Assembly (NCBI GenBank): GCA_026023565.1 | Contig: JAPETS010000038.1 | Span: forward strand, 244,686-264,685 | Direction: 5' to 3' | DNA length: 20,000 nt | From: Cirrosporium novae-zelandiae | Taxonomy: Eukaryota | Shown here: positions 17,659 to 20,000 of the stretch, in pieces | Layout of the letters: each line of letters opens with the position of its first letter | Position numbering within the stretch: the first letter of the stretch is position 1 | The notes under the pieces: generated by a model | Told to the model about the DNA's origin: nothing | What the model saw: only the letters and a program-made list of their open reading frames with translations | The model's database searches: none | Program-made: the position numbers and the translations under genes

Positions 17659-19812
17659 ATGAGAATTCTTTATGCCATTCGGAGACTCTTCTCCCTCAAT
17701 ACCCTAGACACTCGCTTTACCACTTCTTCATCCACTCCACCAAGAGACCGCGACAGAGTTAGCAATACAAATCAGAATGAAAGAGATAGACAAAAGAACC
17801 GGCTAGGGGTGAAGCCGCCATTATGGAAGACGCCCGAATTTTGTGTATATATTGTCCTTGTCGTGGCTGCTGTGCTTTCGATGGTGAAAACAGGGATGGA
17901 TATTTCGAAAGGTCAGCAGTATAAGATGGGAATTGCAAAAGAAGTCCATGAAGCTCGGATACTTGCGACTGATGCTCAGCGGCTGACTTGAAGATCTTTC
18001 AGAATCCCATCCGAATTATGAAAAATATCAGTACCTTCTTTCTCCTGGTTGGATTCCTGGTAGGAAAGTGGTATGTTCAGAACAGCGCTCAATTAGTATC
18101 CTTTACCATCTCGAGATAGAATGAATGCTAACAATCTATTTTCTTTTCCTTTTTAGGATAACTCTGATCGCCAATATGCTTCGTTTCGAAATAATATACC
18201 CTACTTACTCGTTCTTCTTATCTTACACCCTTTACTTCGCCGATTGTATGAATACATTGCTGGTGTGATTGACGGCGACAGTCTAACCAGCCTCCGCCCC
18301 TCGTCCCCTGCACGCGCATTTATAAACCCAACCAGACTAAGGCGGCGGATTCGATTTGACCTTTTCTGGAGCGCTATATTTCTCGTCGCGTTGCATGGAA
18401 TTTCAGCGTTCAAGATTCTCATGATATTATACATCAATTTCACCATTGTAACAAACCTTCCTCGGTCGCAGATCCCGGCATTTACATGGATCTTCAACAT
18501 AGGCACATTATTTGCAAACGAGCTTTCCACCGGCTATCGGTTTGCTCGCATCGCATCCGTGACCGCTCCTTATGCAAGACTCGAGGAGGCCATCAATTGG
18601 GGTGCTTGGCTTGATAGCTTTGGGGGTTTGATTCCCCGGTGGGAGGTTCTGTTCAACATCACCGTTCTGCGACTTATCAGTTTTAATTTGGATTACTATT
18701 GGAGCCTCGACCATGGTTCATCCAGTCCCCTCGAGGTGCTTAGCTAAAGAACCCTTTTGTTCCTCTTTCATTGAACCAACCTGCTAATCCGTTTCCTCAA
18801 GAAGAAACAACTCGACCCCTCCAACCTTTCGGAGCGTGATCGCATCTCCATCCCGCCGCCTCCATCCGTATTCGCATTCTCCTCCTACCTCTCATACGCC
18901 CTCTACTCACCCCTCTACCTAGCCGGCCCCATCTTAACCTTTAACGACTATATCTCGCAACTTTCATACCCACTCCCTACCATCTCAGTGCGCCGAAACT
19001 TGATGTACGGCATACGCTTCCTTTTCTGCCTACTCACCATGGAGCTAATGCTACACTACATTTACGCGGTAGCGATCTCCAAAGCGCAACCAGCATGGGA
19101 AGTCTACACGCCATTCCAGCTAAGCATGGTAGGTTACTTCAACCTCCACATCATCTGGCTCAAGCTGCTCCTCCCATGGCGATTTTTCCGCCTCTGGTCC
19201 CTATGCGACGGGATCGACCCACCCGAAAACATGGTGCGCTGCATGTCCAACAACTACAGCGCAATGGCCTTCTGGCGCGGATGGCATCGCTCCTTCAACC
19301 GGTGGATAACTCGCTACATCTACATCCCCCTAGGTGGCTCTCGCCCACCGCCATCTTCCACACCCCAACGCCAAACCACGCTCACCCTCGTCAAAACCAA
19401 AACCCGCACCATCCTAAACTTCCTCCTCGTATTCACCTTCGTCGCCCTCTGGCACGACATAAACCTCCGCCTCCTCATGTGGGGCTGGCTAATAACCCTC
19501 TTCGTTCTTCCCGAAATCCTCGCCCACCTCCTCTTCCCCGCCCGCAGATTCAAAACTCCGCGCCAGCAAACCATCTACCGCGTCCTGTGCGGTATCGGCG
19601 CCACCTTCAATATCCTCATGATGATGGTGGCGAATTTGGTGGGGTTTGCACTGGGTACGGAGGGGGTTAAGGGACTTATGGGCGGGATTGTGGGAAGTTG
19701 GGCTGGGTGGGGGTTTGTGGCGGCCGCTTTTGTGGTTTTGTATGTTGGGGCCCAGATGATGTTTGAGATAAGGGAGGAGGAAGGGAGACATGGGATTTTT
19801 ATGAAGTGTTGA
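17659..19812 (+). CDS. GUP1: Glycerol uptake protein 1 / membrane-bound O-acyltransferase (MBOAT, Gup1/HHAT family), about 636 aa; exons 17659-17911, 18003-18070, 18157-18735, 18802-19812
   Basis: Introns GTCAGC to TTCAG (17912-18002, branch CTGAC), GTATGT to TTTAG (18071-18156, branch CTAAC) and GTGCTT to CAAG (18736-18801, branch CTAAT) give SLNTLDTRF, LLSPGWIPGRKV/DNSDRQYASFR, RWEVLFNITVLRLISFNLDYYWS, KKQLDPSNLSERDR, YSPLYLAGPILTFNDY, WRFFRLW, DGIDPPENMVRCMSNNYS, FWRGWHRSFNRW, and the MBOAT His in FTFVALWHD. Confidence 0.95.
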
Positions 19813-19818
19813 TTGATT

Positions 19819-19920
19819 GGAGGGTTGGGTGGTGGGGACGGGGGACGGGGGACGGGGGACGGGGAGGGGGGGGGGGGGGGGGGGGGGAAGGGGGGAAGGG
19901 GTAGAGGGTGGGGAGGAGGA
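19819..19920 (+). repeat. G-rich low-complexity tract: (GGGGGAC)n plus G22 homopolymer, G-quadruplex-prone
   Basis: GGGGAC/GGGGGAC units at 19834-19860, a 22-G run at 19866-19887 and further G3+ tracts, all immediately after the GUP1 stop codon. Confidence 0.85.
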
Positions 19921-20000
19921 TGAATGGATAGATGGATTGATGGATGGTATAGGCGTATAGTAACCAACTAATTAGATAAGTAAGTAACTGAATGGTATGG

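Noticed and set aside
1248..19812. Idea that the genes form a single lipid or membrane gene cluster (saposin, GUP1, membrane proteins)
   Set aside because: They are interspersed with unrelated housekeeping genes (ENP2, MEU1, F-box), with no backbone biosynthetic enzyme, cluster regulator or shared motif visible.
19095..19967. Alternative-frame and antisense Pro-rich ORFs over the GUP1 last exon
   Set aside because: By-products of the C-rich/G-rich skew and the poly-G tract; the GUP1 frame explains the region.

Overview
Eukaryotic, intron-containing DNA, most consistent with a filamentous ascomycete (Pezizomycotina): short 55-95 nt GT-AG introns with CTRAY-like branch sites. Seven protein-coding genes can be reconstructed. 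(1) A 124-aa secreted, stand-alone saposin-like protein (1248-1683, +, one intron; missed by the ORF track). (2) Ribosome biogenesis factor ENP2/NOL10 (-). (3) Methylthioadenosine phosphorylase MEU1 (+, divergent from ENP2, two introns). (4) A ~918-aa uncharacterised multi-pass membrane protein with a large glycosylated ectodomain (-). (5) A 223-aa single-pass membrane protein (-). (6) An intronless F-box/LRR-like protein (+). (7) The MBOAT acyltransferase GUP1 (+, three introns). I found no rRNA, tRNA, CRISPR array or intact mobile element. The most interesting item is the small secreted saposin-fold protein: five of its six Cys spacings match human saposin C, and it has a possible Kex2-type LxxR pro-peptide, making it a candidate fungal lipid-binding or membrane-active effector. 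Lesser points: a possible mitochondrial presequence isoform of MEU1, start-overlapping uORFs on two membrane-protein genes, a NAGNAG acceptor in GUP1, and C-rich to G-rich skew flips at gene 3' ends.
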